A DNA stretch of 64,000 nt from Octopus bimaculoides. Lineage: Eukaryota. This document shows, piece after piece, positions 1 to 11,930 of this stretch; within the stretch, counting starts at the first letter, position 1, and each line of letters opens with the position of its first letter. The stretch covers positions 82,523,122 through 82,587,121 of the forward strand of contig NC_068985.1 in the NCBI RefSeq assembly GCF_001194135.2, in the 5' to 3' direction. The position numbers and the translations under genes were made by a program. Below the pieces are notes generated by a model that did no database searches, was not told the origin of the DNA, and saw only the letters and a program-made list of their open reading frames with translations.

Positions 1-959
1 ATGAATTAATAAATAAAACACATCTTATTCTTTGACTGGATTGATTATATGCAGCTGATCAATAGAATACATGGTTAAATTTCCTATTTGTTACTTTAGA
101 ACTCTTATGAGACCCTAGTATGGCAACTTAAAATGTTATTGATGAAATATTTTTTTATGTAACTTCTTGTATGTTACTGGGGGTTTTTTGTACTAATTTC
201 TTTTTATTTATATTTTAAAATAACTTGGTTTGTGATTGCATTTCTTCAGGGACATTTCTATGTTAATTTGAATATAGATTTAAATTAATCCACAAAATGA
301 TAAAAATCTATACACTGATGATGTGTATGAACTCAAACATTGTTTGAAGTGACTATTTTTATAATTACAAACCAAAAATACCTAGTCAAATTTTAAAATA
401 TATTGCGATGTTTTTTTATTTGTTACATTAACTTAAAACTGTTTTTGTTGTTTAAATTCTTATATAAATATTATTTGTAGATAAATTTTCTGTAATTCTC
501 TAATAAATAAATCTCATATTATTTAGAATTTTCAGCAGTTTCTTTCAATTTCTTACAGCATTCTTCAAGGTTTGTTGCAAAATTAAGCAATTGGGAATTA
601 CCTTATCAACATTGTTTTAATATTCTTGTTTCTGTATCAAGAAATATATCTTTGAATCTTGGCTGCTTTGAGAAAATCAACTAAGCAACAACAGATCATT
701 TGTAAGAGGTTGGAAATGAATACCATTTAATCCATGTATAGTTATCAGAATGTATTTATGTGAAAAGATAAATATAAGTAGGAAGAACAGAATTTACATG
801 TCTGATATTATTTTATTTAGAAGTTATACAATTGTATTTTGTGCTGTTTTACTAATTTATTTTTATTTTATTTGAAATTTCAAAATATAAAATAACATTT
901 TTACTTTTGTAAATTGATGGCATAACTTAAATTGAAAAAAAAAAAAAAGAGATACCTGC

Positions 960-1420
960 AGATAATGAATAATATCAAACTAATAGCAAATATCAAAATA
1001 CGTTAAATGGATAAGCAAAATTCATTGTATTATATTGTGTAATACAGCAGGAACTTCTAGTAAAATGGTTTGATAATTAAACATTGTGTAATAGAATCTT
1101 TATAAATGCTGATTATTGAGAAAATTCTGTCAAGAGGTTATTTCAATTTCTATGGCTTCTTGAAAATAAAGAATGCACCTAAATTGGCTCATAGATCTTA
1201 TAAGTGCAAAGCAAGAAAGAATAAGAATGTGAGCACAAAATCTTATGAAAACTTGTGTATGTGAATGTGTAAAGAAAGTTATATAAAGAATAGTCTTGGC
1301 ATGCTTCACAGATATATGAAAGGCAAAATAAGAATTACTGTTAAGTTGGACTAACATTGTAGCATATACAGTGAAATTATAAAATATAAAACATGGGAAA
1401 AAGTCTTGCACATCAAATAA
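960..1420 (+). mobile_element. Degenerate hAT (Charlie/SPIN/GTF2IRD2-like) transposase remnant
   Basis: Frameshifted translation gives IHCII..CVIQQELLVK, then KILSRG and QFLWLLENKEC, resembling the hAT segment HCIIHQExLCxK ... IxSRGLNHRQFxxLLEE. No TIRs found. Confidence 0.4.
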
Positions 1421-1571
1421 TTGTGATGTAGCTTATTTCTATTTTATATAACAATGAAATGACTGACGGTGAATATTGAAAATTTAACACTTCTACTTGT
1501 TATGTATACATGTAATACTCATTTAAACAATAAAATACAAATATTGAGCTTTCTTCTAGAAAAGTTCCGTA

Positions 1572-1630
<59 letters not shown>

Positions 1631-2431
1631 GATGTGTGCTATATGCATATTATACAATATAAAATAGCTGAAAGAGAAAGATTATGATACAGCAGTGAAA
1701 CAAAGGAGGCACATGAAAAAGTTAAATCAATTTTATCATTATTAATCTTGCATAGAAATTATGGCTAAATTAAAGTAGCAATAATCTATTATCTATAATT
1801 TTTGCCTCTATATAACTAGTTTTTTGAATAGAATCAAAAATATAAGAATAATAATTTAATTTAAATCTCATGTAATATATTTCCTTTTTAAAATGATTTT
1901 CTACTTCACTTGCTGAGCAATATTTGGTAGCATGACAATATAGGAACCAGATCTTCAAAACATTTCCCATTCTAGCGTGATTTAAAAAAAACTTCCCTAT
2001 TTCACAGTAACTTCAAAAATGGAATGAATATGTTTAACGAATGTTTAATGTAGATATTAGTCAAGAAATTTAGAACTCCAACTTTTAAAAAATCTGTACA
2101 AACCTCCAACTATTACAATGGACTGTAGCAGCAATTGTCAAATGGAAAAAGTTATGTTTTGTGTGTGTGTTTATTCTTATGTTGTGTGCCTTTATATTCT
2201 ATAAAATTAGTCGGTCAAGCGAAACTGATAAAATATGCACTAGGCTGAAATAAATACTGGTTACAAAATGACCAGCCAAAATCCTTCAAGTTGATACCCC
2301 AGCATACCTGCAGTTCAGTGAATGAGACAAAAAATAAAAGAATACACACATAAACACACACACACTCACATTGCAAGCAACATATACTCTAATTTCCAAA
2401 TATCATTAAAGAAAATATTTCGATGCACATA

Positions 2432-2600
2432 GTAGCTACAGGCATAGCTGAGTGATTAAGAAGTTCACTTCCTAGCTGCATGATTTCAGGTTTAGCTTCT
2501 TTGCACAGCACCTCAAGCAAATATTTTCTACCATAAACTCTAGACTGAATAAAGCCTTTGGAGAGAATCTGGTGGACTGGAACTGAAACAAGCCAGTGGA
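2432..2600 (+). mobile_element. tRNA-headed SINE (family A head), diverged
   Basis: Aligns by eye with better copies at 49365, 53075, 58585 (gctgagtgattaagaagttcacttcc...ggaactgaaacaagcc). Confidence 0.7.
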
Positions 2601-3639
2601 TGGAACTTAGGGAAGAGGGAAAAACAATGAAAGAAATAGTGAAAGTGGAACTCAAAATGCTGAGTATTGCAGAGGAGATGACAAAGGACTAATTTGGTTG
2701 GAATTTCACTGTGCTTGAGAAAACCTGTCCATCAGTAAGAATGAAGTTCTAAACATGTTCTGTGCATGTGGCCCATCCTGTCTTGTCACACATTCCCCCA
2801 TCTCATTCCCCTAACACCCAGTCCCCACATCACTCCTCCATCTATGGCACTACTTCATAGCTGATTCAGCATCTATTACTCCCCGCACCACTTCCCTTGC
2901 ACTACTGGTTATCTCCTCCTTCCTTGGAGCCTTCAGTCTTTTGTTCTCATCCTCTCTTTCTTTCCCATACTATCCTCACTGAGCAACCCCTTTCTGTGCC
3001 TTCAGATAGTTCTCCACTCTACCATATGTCATCTTATCATCTCATACCTGCTATCATTCTCAACACCCTCTCATATCCACCATCAAACTCACCCATTATG
3101 CACACCCTTATCTAGTCCTACATCTCCTTCTCCACTGCTCCTACACCTTACATATGATCCTCTTACTTTATGATCTATCCATTTTTCCGAGTGACTGCTA
3201 TCTCTCTCTCACCTTACCCCCTTCTCCACATTGATATTTCCCACTAACTGCACCTCCAACCTTGCACTTCATTCAATACATCCATCTTTCCCATCCATCT
3301 CTAACTGTTACTCTTCCCACACATTCTTATGAAATTACTCCCTTATTCCCTGTATAATCCAGTGACTTTATTCCATCTTATGATCACATACCTTGAGAGT
3401 TCACTCTTTGCACACCATCACTACCATCTTCCTTCTTTGTCTTCATCTTCTCAGTTACTACTAGTCACTGTTATCATTTAAAGTTGTCATGTATCTCCTC
3501 CAAAGTGAAACACTTGTTCTTGTCCCTCTGTTATATGTCAGATTCTCAGCATCTGGTAGAAAGCCACGTCCCCTCCCTAATATCCTCCCCAACGTAGTCA
3601 TGGAGATTTTTCTCTTTCCTATTTTTTCTGTCTTGCAAC

Positions 3640-3840
3640 TTATTTGGCAATCTCACTGGTGCCATTGGCATGAAAAAAGTGCCCAGTACACACTTTAAGG
3701 TCGTTGGCATTAGTAAGGCATCCAGCCATAGTAAACATGCTAAAACTAACACTGGAGTTGAGTGCAGCCCTGCAGGATGCTGTCAAACTATTCAACCCAT
3801 GCCAGCAAAGAAAATGACTGTTAAATGAGGATGATGATGT
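3640..3840 (+). mobile_element. RTE-type retroposon 3' tail ending in (ATG)n
   Basis: ggcattagtaaggcatccagcc...caacccatgccagc...gttaaatgaggatgatgatg matches the tails at 5430-5595 and 57570-57720. Confidence 0.7.
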
Positions 3841-3849
3841 ATTTGATTA

Positions 3850-4700
3850 CTTTGCTCAAAACAGCCCATCAAAGGTGATGCTAGCGTTGATCCAAGACAT
3901 TCATCCTCCTCTGCCTTTAGCATATTGTTTCTCATGGGAGTGGATGTAACTGACAAGACATAGGCAGATCCTGTGGCACTGAGGGCAATCTTGAACAACA
4001 ACTAAAGGGGGTTGATGACGATGGCTCCTCCTCTTGTCATGCAGTCTCCTGCATTCAGTTTCAAAGTGCTCTACTTCAGCATCGCACATGGACCTCCATG
4101 TATTTTGATTAACACCCAGGGTCTCCAGTTGATTGGAAGGGAGACTGCATAAAATGAGAGACTGTTTGAGATGATCATGAAAACAAAGTTGTAAACGTTC
4201 GTGAGGCTTATTTCTAGTCTCGATTTTGGTAGGCAGTTACCTGGTATCCGAGTCACATACCCAACCCAGAAGAGTTGGGTATGTGATGACAAAGGATGCA
4301 GATGTGTGTGTGTTCACAAAAGCTGCAAACTATAAATGATATTGTTGTTTTCTCTTGTCAATTAAAAAGCATCTGCTTGCTTTGCACTTTTGAAAACATT
4401 TGGAATCAATGAAATAATATCTTTAAATTAGCAAGCTGCATACCACTTCATCTAGGCCTACCTGATGTATCTGCCTCCAATCTTATCTCTAATATGTCTC
4501 AACCATAATATTTTGCTTTGTTATTCTTCCCCATAAATACAACCTATTGAAGTTTAAGCTGAATTTCTCACATATTAACTTCACCAGTCTGAGAGAATCT
4601 GTAAAAGCCATTGTCAGTCCCATATCTTTAAATTTTAGGAATCGACACTACATTCTAACAGGAAACATAAATTTTAAAACTTGTTGCAAACTTGGTTCAT
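3850..4700 (-). mobile_element. 5'-truncated, decayed RTE-clade LINE (RT C-terminal part and terminal Cys/His motif)
   Basis: Minus frames: LRLVKLICEKFSLNFN (post-YADD-like), QLFWVGYVTRIPGNCLPK (RTE LRWxGHVxRMxxxRLPK), and EHFETECRRLHDKRR...CPQCHRICLCLVSYIHSH (RTE C-terminal CxxC..H). Stops and frameshifts present. Confidence 0.75.
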
Positions 4701-4744
4701 GGCTGTTTTTGTTCAACTAATACAACTTCTCTTGGTACAATCCC

Positions 4745-4802
4745 ACTTGCATAACTTAAGCTTTGAGACAAGCATATGACTACTGGCAAGATCAACCAGG
4801 TA
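4745..4802 (-). rRNA. 18S: 18S rRNA 5'-terminal fragment (58 nt; non-functional copy)
   Basis: Reverse complement TACCTGGTTGATCTTGCCAGTAGTCATATGCTTGTCTCAAAGCTTAAGTTATGCAAGT vs canonical eukaryotic 18S start TACCTGGTTGATCCTGCCAGTAGTCATATGCTTGTCTCAAAGATTAAGCCATGCATGT: 53/58 identical, starting at 18S nt 1. Similarity stops after that. Confidence 0.93.
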
Positions 4803-5164
4803 TCACTAAGTTCATATTTTGAATGATGAAGTGTGTTTAACGTTTGTATTTAAATCTCATTGTCTGCTTTTACTAAAACATTCAGTAAAATGAGAAACAG
4901 ACTGGACTAAAAAATATGCACCATGCCTTGAATATCATTTTGGATTCTCACTCATAACTATGATATACTTGTCAATACTGGGCCTAAGAGTTGCTCATAA
5001 GCATCTAATCAGTTACTCCATTTCTTTGAAACAAACTATTCTAACATTCAGATTTCGTGACAGTTTGTTTAAAGGAAATATAGTCATACTTGTGAAAACA
5101 GCATATGTGAATGAACATATGTACATGTGTACAGTACATGTGAAATCGAAATCGTAATTGAACC

Positions 5165-5597
5165 AAATTCGATGACTGGCACCTGTGCCAGTGGAGCGCT
5201 AACAGCACCGTCCGAGCATGATCATTGCCAGAGTAGCACCATTTAAGCGTGATCGTTACCAGCGCCGCCTCACTGGCACTTGTGCTGGTGGCACGTGAAA
5301 AAGCATTTGAGCGAGATAGTTGCCAGTGCCGCTGGACTGGCTCTTGTGCTGGTGGCACGTAAAAAAACACCATTTTGAGCGTGGCCATCGCCAGTACTGC
5401 CTGACTGACCCTTGTGTCGGCGGCACGTAAAAGCAGCCACTATACTCTCGGAGTGTTTGGGATTAGGAAGGGCATCCAGCTGTAGAAACTCTACCAGATT
5501 AGATTGGAGCCTGGTGCAGCCATCCGGTTCGCCAGTCCTCAGTCAAATCATCCAACCCATGCTAGCATGGAAAGCAGACGTTAAACGATGATGAGGA
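5165..5597 (+). mobile_element. RTE-type retroposon 3' UTR with ~65-nt internal tandem repeats and (ATG)n tail
   Basis: 3-4 units of gccagtgcc..ctgactgg..gtgctggtggcacgtaaaaa(g)caccatt, followed by the conserved tail; same architecture as 57290-57720. Confidence 0.85.
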
Positions 5598-5631
5598 TAT
5601 ATATATGTTTATATATACATATATATATACA

Positions 5632-5814
5632 TCATCATCATCACCATCATCATTTAACGTCCGCTTTCCATGCTAGCATAGGTTGGATGATTTGACTGGG
5701 GACTGGCAAACCAGATGGCTGCACCAGACTCCAATCTGATCTGGCAGTTTCTACAGCTAGATGCCCTTCCTAACTCCAACCCCTCTGAGAGTGTAGTGGG
5801 TTCTTTTTACATGC
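5632..5814 (-). mobile_element. RTE-type retroposon 3' tail, inverted relative to the adjacent copy
   Basis: (CAT)n then tttaacgtccgctttccatgctagcata...gatgcccttcctaactccaac, the reverse complement of 5423-5593. Confidence 0.85.
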
Positions 5815-8800
5815 TTTTTTGTTAAATTCTTCCAGGTTGTTTGAACTAAATGCTAATAAATTCAAGTTTTCATTAATCATTACACATATGACTTCCTTGT
5901 TCATCAGTTGAATGAATATATTTCTGTTATAATTTGGTCAGGCTCACAAATTATTATAAATGATTTTTATGGTTTGCAGTTTGACTAAAAAAATAGTATC
6001 ATTGCATTGTTTGGATAAAAGAATTTTAATCTTTATATTATATAAATTTCATACAAGATTTAGTCTGAAATATTTGTGCATTTGGAGAAATAGTACATTT
6101 CTGTACTGAGAAATTCCATCTTCTATTGATTGAAACCAAAAGCAAATGTATACATCCTTTGGCATTTATAATATTTCACCCTTTTCCTTAAATAAAAACA
6201 AATGATAAAGTAGTAGTAAAGACATATTCATAGTGAAGATTGATTTAAAATTTAGATTTTCTTTTATATCTCAAACTACCAATATTGTTTTATTTCCAAA
6301 ATTATTGAAGGAACTGAAAAGAGAAAGAGAGAGAGAGAAAAAACTCGTTTTAATTAAAATTGTTCATATACAATATAGCATTACATTGCTTTACATGGAC
6401 TGAAGAATAAGAAGACTAAACAAAATCTAAACTCTAAAGTGTTTTATATGTAAATGAGAATTTTAGCAAATTTTTCAAATATTTTATTTTGATTCCTTTC
6501 TTTAATGGCATAATTTTTGTAATGTTTATATCTTCTCTCATTTTGATAATGATTGCCATTCAGTCTATTATTCCATGATAATCAAAAATTACATCATATC
6601 CCAATATTTCGTTAAGATGTTGAATTAATAAAAACATAAACATACTTTATTTTATTGCTCACATCACTGTATTTAATTTAAATATTCACTTTTTTTTTTT
6701 TTTTTTTTTGCAATACCTTTCTATTTACATATTTCATAAGCAATGCAACACCAGGCTGAATCTTGGATAAAATGGATCAAATTAAATTTAACATTGTAGC
6801 TCATTAATTTTTGTCTGATAATCCAAATTTGCATTTGATTCTGGAAGCAATTATGTATTGATTGTAGTTGGTTGGTATTGCAGTAACAGAAATACAATGT
6901 TGATAGAAATATAATCACCTGGGAAACATAACTTCAGTCAGTGTAATATTTTTTTACTTGAGGGCTTAAATTACTTCCGATTGTAAATATGAATTGAGCC
7001 AATAGATAGATCTAAATCATATGAGTAAATGAATGTAGAAGTCCAGTGCAAAATATACATATGCAAATGAAATATGAATTATACTTTTGATTGTTATAAT
7101 TGTAAATTAGTAACTTGTATTGATTGTAGGGAACTGGTTGGTATAGTTTATTTATTGTCAATTAATGTAACAGATCTTTAGAAATCTCATTAAACATTTT
7201 AAAACTCTGAGAAAGGTTAAGATATGAAGCTAGAGTTTCATTATGGCTTTATTTCAGGCAAAACCAGTTTTTTTTCGTCAGATGCAGTCAAGCAAAGACT
7301 TTATTCTTTTATTTATTTATTTTTCTTTGATAAACGTATTAAACTACAGAGCAGGAAGAAATTTTATTCATTATTTGAAGATTTAAAAATTTTATTCAAT
7401 TAAACTTCTATTTATTTACTTATTTTTTCCAGAGTGGTGATTGAATGAAATGAAATTTAGTTGTTTTATTTTCTTTTCAAATTAGTAATGAATTGCTTTT
7501 ATGCAGAAATTTGATTAAAATAATAGCAAAATTTTATTATATATAACAGAGCTTTTGTTGAGTTCAAATTGTAATATAGTAGATTTAGTTATGTAAATTT
7601 ACAATTTTCATATTCTTTTCAATAACATTAATTATATTTGCTATCTGGAAATTTATTTATGGCTGCTATAATGAACTATTAAGAAAAAAAGGGGAAAAAA
7701 ATTATATCACCTACAGATTGTGTATTTATGAAGGATATTACAAATGATGACAGAAATAAATCTGTATTCATATAGCAAAGCAATGTTCCATTTCTCTGTC
7801 ATTTCTCTAGGCTTTCTTAAATCAGGTTTGAGTTCTATATTTGTTTAATTATGTACCTTTTGGTATCTTTCTCCCATTCCATTACTGTCTTTTCTGCTAT
7901 TTTCCAACATTTTATATTCTTCATCACTACCTTCCTATTCTCACTTTTCTCCTCTCACTCATCCAGTAAGTGCTGTGATTAAGTGAAATGCACTTGGATA
8001 TTACAAATCCAATAGAAACTGTAAAAGTGAAATTTTAAAAATTAGCTATCTGTGCAGTTTTGTCTCAGCTTAGATTGTCTTCTACAGAATAGTTAATATG
8101 TTCATTCGTTTGTTTTACATTCAATTTTCTATGCTTTCTGGGGTTGGATGGATACTTTTTTGTGGCAGTATTTTTATGGTCATAAGCATTTCCTATTGCT
8201 AGCCCTTACCTTTATTACAATGGATATTTTCTTTATTCAACTACTTCAATAGTTCAGAGCGGAAAATGTAATGTTCATTAGGAATATAAACACAGTAATG
8301 TTGCTTTTTTCTTATTTTCATTCAGGCAGTCTCATGTGACTAACCCCCCCCCCCAACACACATTGTAAAGCATTGCTATTTCAAATAAGATAGCATAATG
8401 GTTAACCAATGCTTAGAACTCTATTTAAATCCATTTATATTCAAGTTTTAATAAGGTATTAAACATAATTTGTCTTCCAGTTTTCTTTTGGTATTCAATA
8501 CCTTTGAATAATTTATACAGTGCATATCTGAGAGCAGAATAAAGTAAAAGAAGAGAACTAGTTTGTCTTTTTATTGTTTGATAAATTGTGTAATCATTAC
8601 ATTTGTTTCATTAGTGTATACTAGCATGTCATACATGTCATAGATTAATCATTATATTGATAATTCCATAGTCACATTTAAACATCACATCTTTAGAAGA
8701 AAATAGTGATTTAAACCATTGTTATTTCTCAACCTCATTTGGTTGACAGAGCTAAAGAACTGTTCTTATTTAGCACTATCAACTAACTGATTGAATTAAA

Positions 8801-9084
8801 TTACTATTTTGTATATGATTATGCAAGTGTTTATGTAATGACTTTTGCACAGTATACTAGTATTCATTAGTAAAATTTGTGTAATGATTATATAATTTAT
8901 GATATTATAACAGAAAGAAAAACTAATTTTGCTCTTGCATGTACACACACAAGGAGAAGTAAAAGATTATCTGCACTTACGACAAAACTGCCTTCAGCAC
9001 TTGCATGCTAAAAGGTGAAACTTTTGTAGTTACATTACTGAAATTTGGTCTTGATTGCTCCAGTTTTCTTTCTTGTGTTACAGA

Positions 9085-10200
9085 GTGAACATAGATACTC
9101 CACTTGCAGTGTGCATCAAGGCAGAAGAGAGATCAGTGATCTGATTTCTCTGGTCTGAGATGTGTCAGGGCTGAAGTTTATCACAGGCTTTCAGTACAAT
9201 ACAGAGACAGTGCTCTACCATGCAGAAATGTGTATAAATGGATTGAGAAGTTTAAAAATGGCTAAATAAGTGTGGAGCATGAAGTGGTAGCAGGACATTC
9301 ATCCACCTCCACCACTGACATGAAGATTGAACAAGCTCAAGAGATGGTTCTGGCTAACTGATGAGTGACCATTTAATGAGGTGGAAAATTAGTCATGCAA
9401 ATTAGTTATGACTCTGTATACAAAATCATCCACATCAAACTCTGCTTCCATAAAGTTTGTGTAAAATGGGTGTGAAATTAGCTTACCAGAGAGCATAAGT
9501 GCAAACATGTGGAGATCTGTTAACACTTACTTGACCACAACAATGATGATGATGATGCTTTTTTAGAGAAAACAGTCACAGGAGATAAGACCTGGATCCG
9601 TCACTTCGAGTCAGAATCTAAAAGGCAGAGCATGGAGTGGAAACACCTGGAATTGCCAGTGAAAAAGAACTCAACCTTCTACAGAAAAAGTGATGCTAAC
9701 CATTTTTTGGGATGCAAAAGGGTCTATACTGCAACATTACCTGAAAAAGGGGTCTACAGTCACCAGTGTAAGCTATAGTTAAATACTGGCCAACAAACTG
9801 AAAGCAGCAATTTGCACTAAATGCCAAGGTTTATTGTCAAAGCAAGTGTTATTGTTGCACAACAATGCACAGCCAGACTATTGAAACTGTTGAAAAATTT
9901 GGTTCTGATTTGCTAGAAATCCCTGCATACAGTTAAGACCTTGTCCCTTCCAACTATCACTATTTTGGACTGTTGAAACATCATTAAGAAGGTTGTTGAT
10001 TTGCTACAGATGAAGAAGCACAGGAAGTGGTACATAACTTGCTGCATGACCAGCCAAAAACCTTCTTCAATGGAATAAGCAAGTTTGTGGACTGCTGGAA
10101 GAAGTGCATCAAAAAGTAAGGAGACTATGTCAAGAAATATACTTTTGTTTTAATAAATTACAGAAACACACGTGTGTGTAATTTTTGACTTAATCTTGTA
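9085..10200 (+). mobile_element. Decayed mariner (DD34D) transposon
   Basis: Frames give DTPLAVCIKAEERSVI, RNVYKWIEKFKNG, VTGDKTWIRHFESESKRQSMEWKH, KVMLTIFWDAKG, LLHNNAQ, PAYS*DLVPSNYHYF (cf. TGDETW, HDNA, YSPDLAPSDY). TIR-like end tttttgacttaatcttgta at ~10200. Confidence 0.92.
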
Positions 10201-10207
10201 TATATAT

Positions 10208-10380
10208 GATGAGCTTCCATGCAGTTTCCATCAACTAATTCCAGTCACATGAAACATGAAATTGATTAGCCTGAGACAGTAGTAGAAGACACTTGCCCAA
10301 GTGCCACAAAGTGAGACTGAACATAAAGCCATATGGTTGTGAAGCAAACTTTTTAACCATACAGCCATGCTTGTATCCAT
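10208..10380 (-). mobile_element. tRNA-headed SINE (family A head)
   Basis: gaagacacttgcccaagtgccacaaagtgagactgaac...gcaaactttttaaccatacagccatgc is the reverse complement of the family A head. Confidence 0.8.
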
Positions 10381-11574
10381 CTCAGCAAAATAGTAATTTC
10401 TTATTCCTTGCCAGCCATAGCCTGGTTTAAATAGCAAGTGCTCATAGAAGTATTGTATTTCTTGCTTTCACGGGTGCTATTCTCCTATAACCTTTTTAAA
10501 GCCATCCGATTCTGATAAACTGAGATAGCTAGGTAAAGTTAGTTTTGCTGATTATGGTTTATTGCTGAAAAGAAAATGAAAGGGAAAATACTGTTGAGGA
10601 AAGAGTTTGAGAAATATGGAGTTTGAGAGCCGGAAACATTGGGTCAAGTGTTTTGTATGATAGTTTAAAAAGTCAGTGTAGTAATGCTAATAAAAAGGTG
10701 AGGCAATTTAAGTGAGTCTAAGTGAATGGACAGCAGCTGTAGTAGTGAATCAGACTGAAGGAATATCAGCTATTAAGAAAACCTTTAAATACCTTTGTTT
10801 GTAAGGAATAGCAACCAAATCTCTCTTAAATCAAACTCACTCCCTTAAACATGGAATGGCATATTAGATAAAGTAGTTCTAGATATGTTTCAAAGATGTG
10901 ATGGTCATGGTTAGAATGTTTTTTGCTTAGTCAACATTGATCTGAGGCTAAACAATGATTTTAAGTTGACAGCTTGTTTAGTTATCAGTGTTTTTATTGA
11001 GGGTTTCCTTATTTGCTGGCCATCTTGTTTGGTTGTTGTCTAGTATGTACTTATTAAATGTACTGACTAGGGAGAAACATCTATGAATGTTACGGTTCAT
11101 TTTAGCATGCTAAAAAGGCTTTCTGGATAACTGTGCTGGTCTTCTATTTTAATTAGCTTGGCAATACATCAGTGTGAAAGCTCTACCTTATGCAGTGATT
11201 TTAAATATATTGCTACATTTCAGAATTTGTTGGGTTCAGTTGTTAGCTTTATAAATGTAAGACACTCCAAACATTTCAATTTGCAAAACCATCCAACTTA
11301 TATCAACATTGGAAAATACATGCATGACATCTTATAAATGATTGCTTGAGCAGGAGTTCTTGTGTATGTATACATGTATTCATATACAAACACACACTCA
11401 TGCACTTACAAACAACACATTACATATGTATTTAAAATATACAGTCTTAAAATATATACTTGCAAATATTTATTGTGTATCTCAAAAGATTCACATTTGA
11501 AGTTAGTGGTATTTATACAAGCATAAATATATTCCAAGAGAATATTTATGTTAGAAAGTTAGTATTTTGAGCAG

Positions 11575-11750
11575 AGGCTAGCAAACTTGGTATGGCTTCA
11601 GACAATGTTGTGATATCTGATTACATATTTTTAAGTTCAAAGTTCAAATCCCACTGAAGTGAATTTTGATTTTCATCTTTCCTTGTTCAATCTAAATAAA
11701 CTATAGTCAAATACTGGAATCAATACAATGGATTCTGTTTCTCTTCATTG
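11575..11750 (+). mobile_element. tRNA-derived SINE (family B), diverged
   Basis: gttcaaatcccactgaagtgaattttgattttcatcttt...aaatactggaatcaatacaat resembles the copies at 48055-48260 and 61915-62105. Confidence 0.55.
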
Positions 11751-11828
11751 TCAGTGTTGAGTGAATAAGGTCTGCAAAATAATGAAAGTTCATAAATGTT
11801 AGTGTGCTTGTGTGAGATAGAGGTGTGT

Positions 11829-11865
<37 letters not shown>

Positions 11866-11930
11866 CATGTGTGTGTATGTGTGAGTAATTTTACCTATGC
11901 CTTCTATTTATATATATATATAAATATATA

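Noticed and set aside
1130-1411. 93-aa minus ORF
   Set aside because: Best explained as the antisense frame of the plus-strand hAT-like remnant.
4745-4802. Functional rDNA locus
   Set aside because: Only 58 nt match, with 5 substitutions, and no downstream 18S, ITS or 5.8S sequence.
6721-6918. 65-aa minus ORF bounded by AG/GT
   Set aside because: No recognisable protein similarity, and part of it is locally duplicated near 7118-7145, suggesting decayed repeat DNA.
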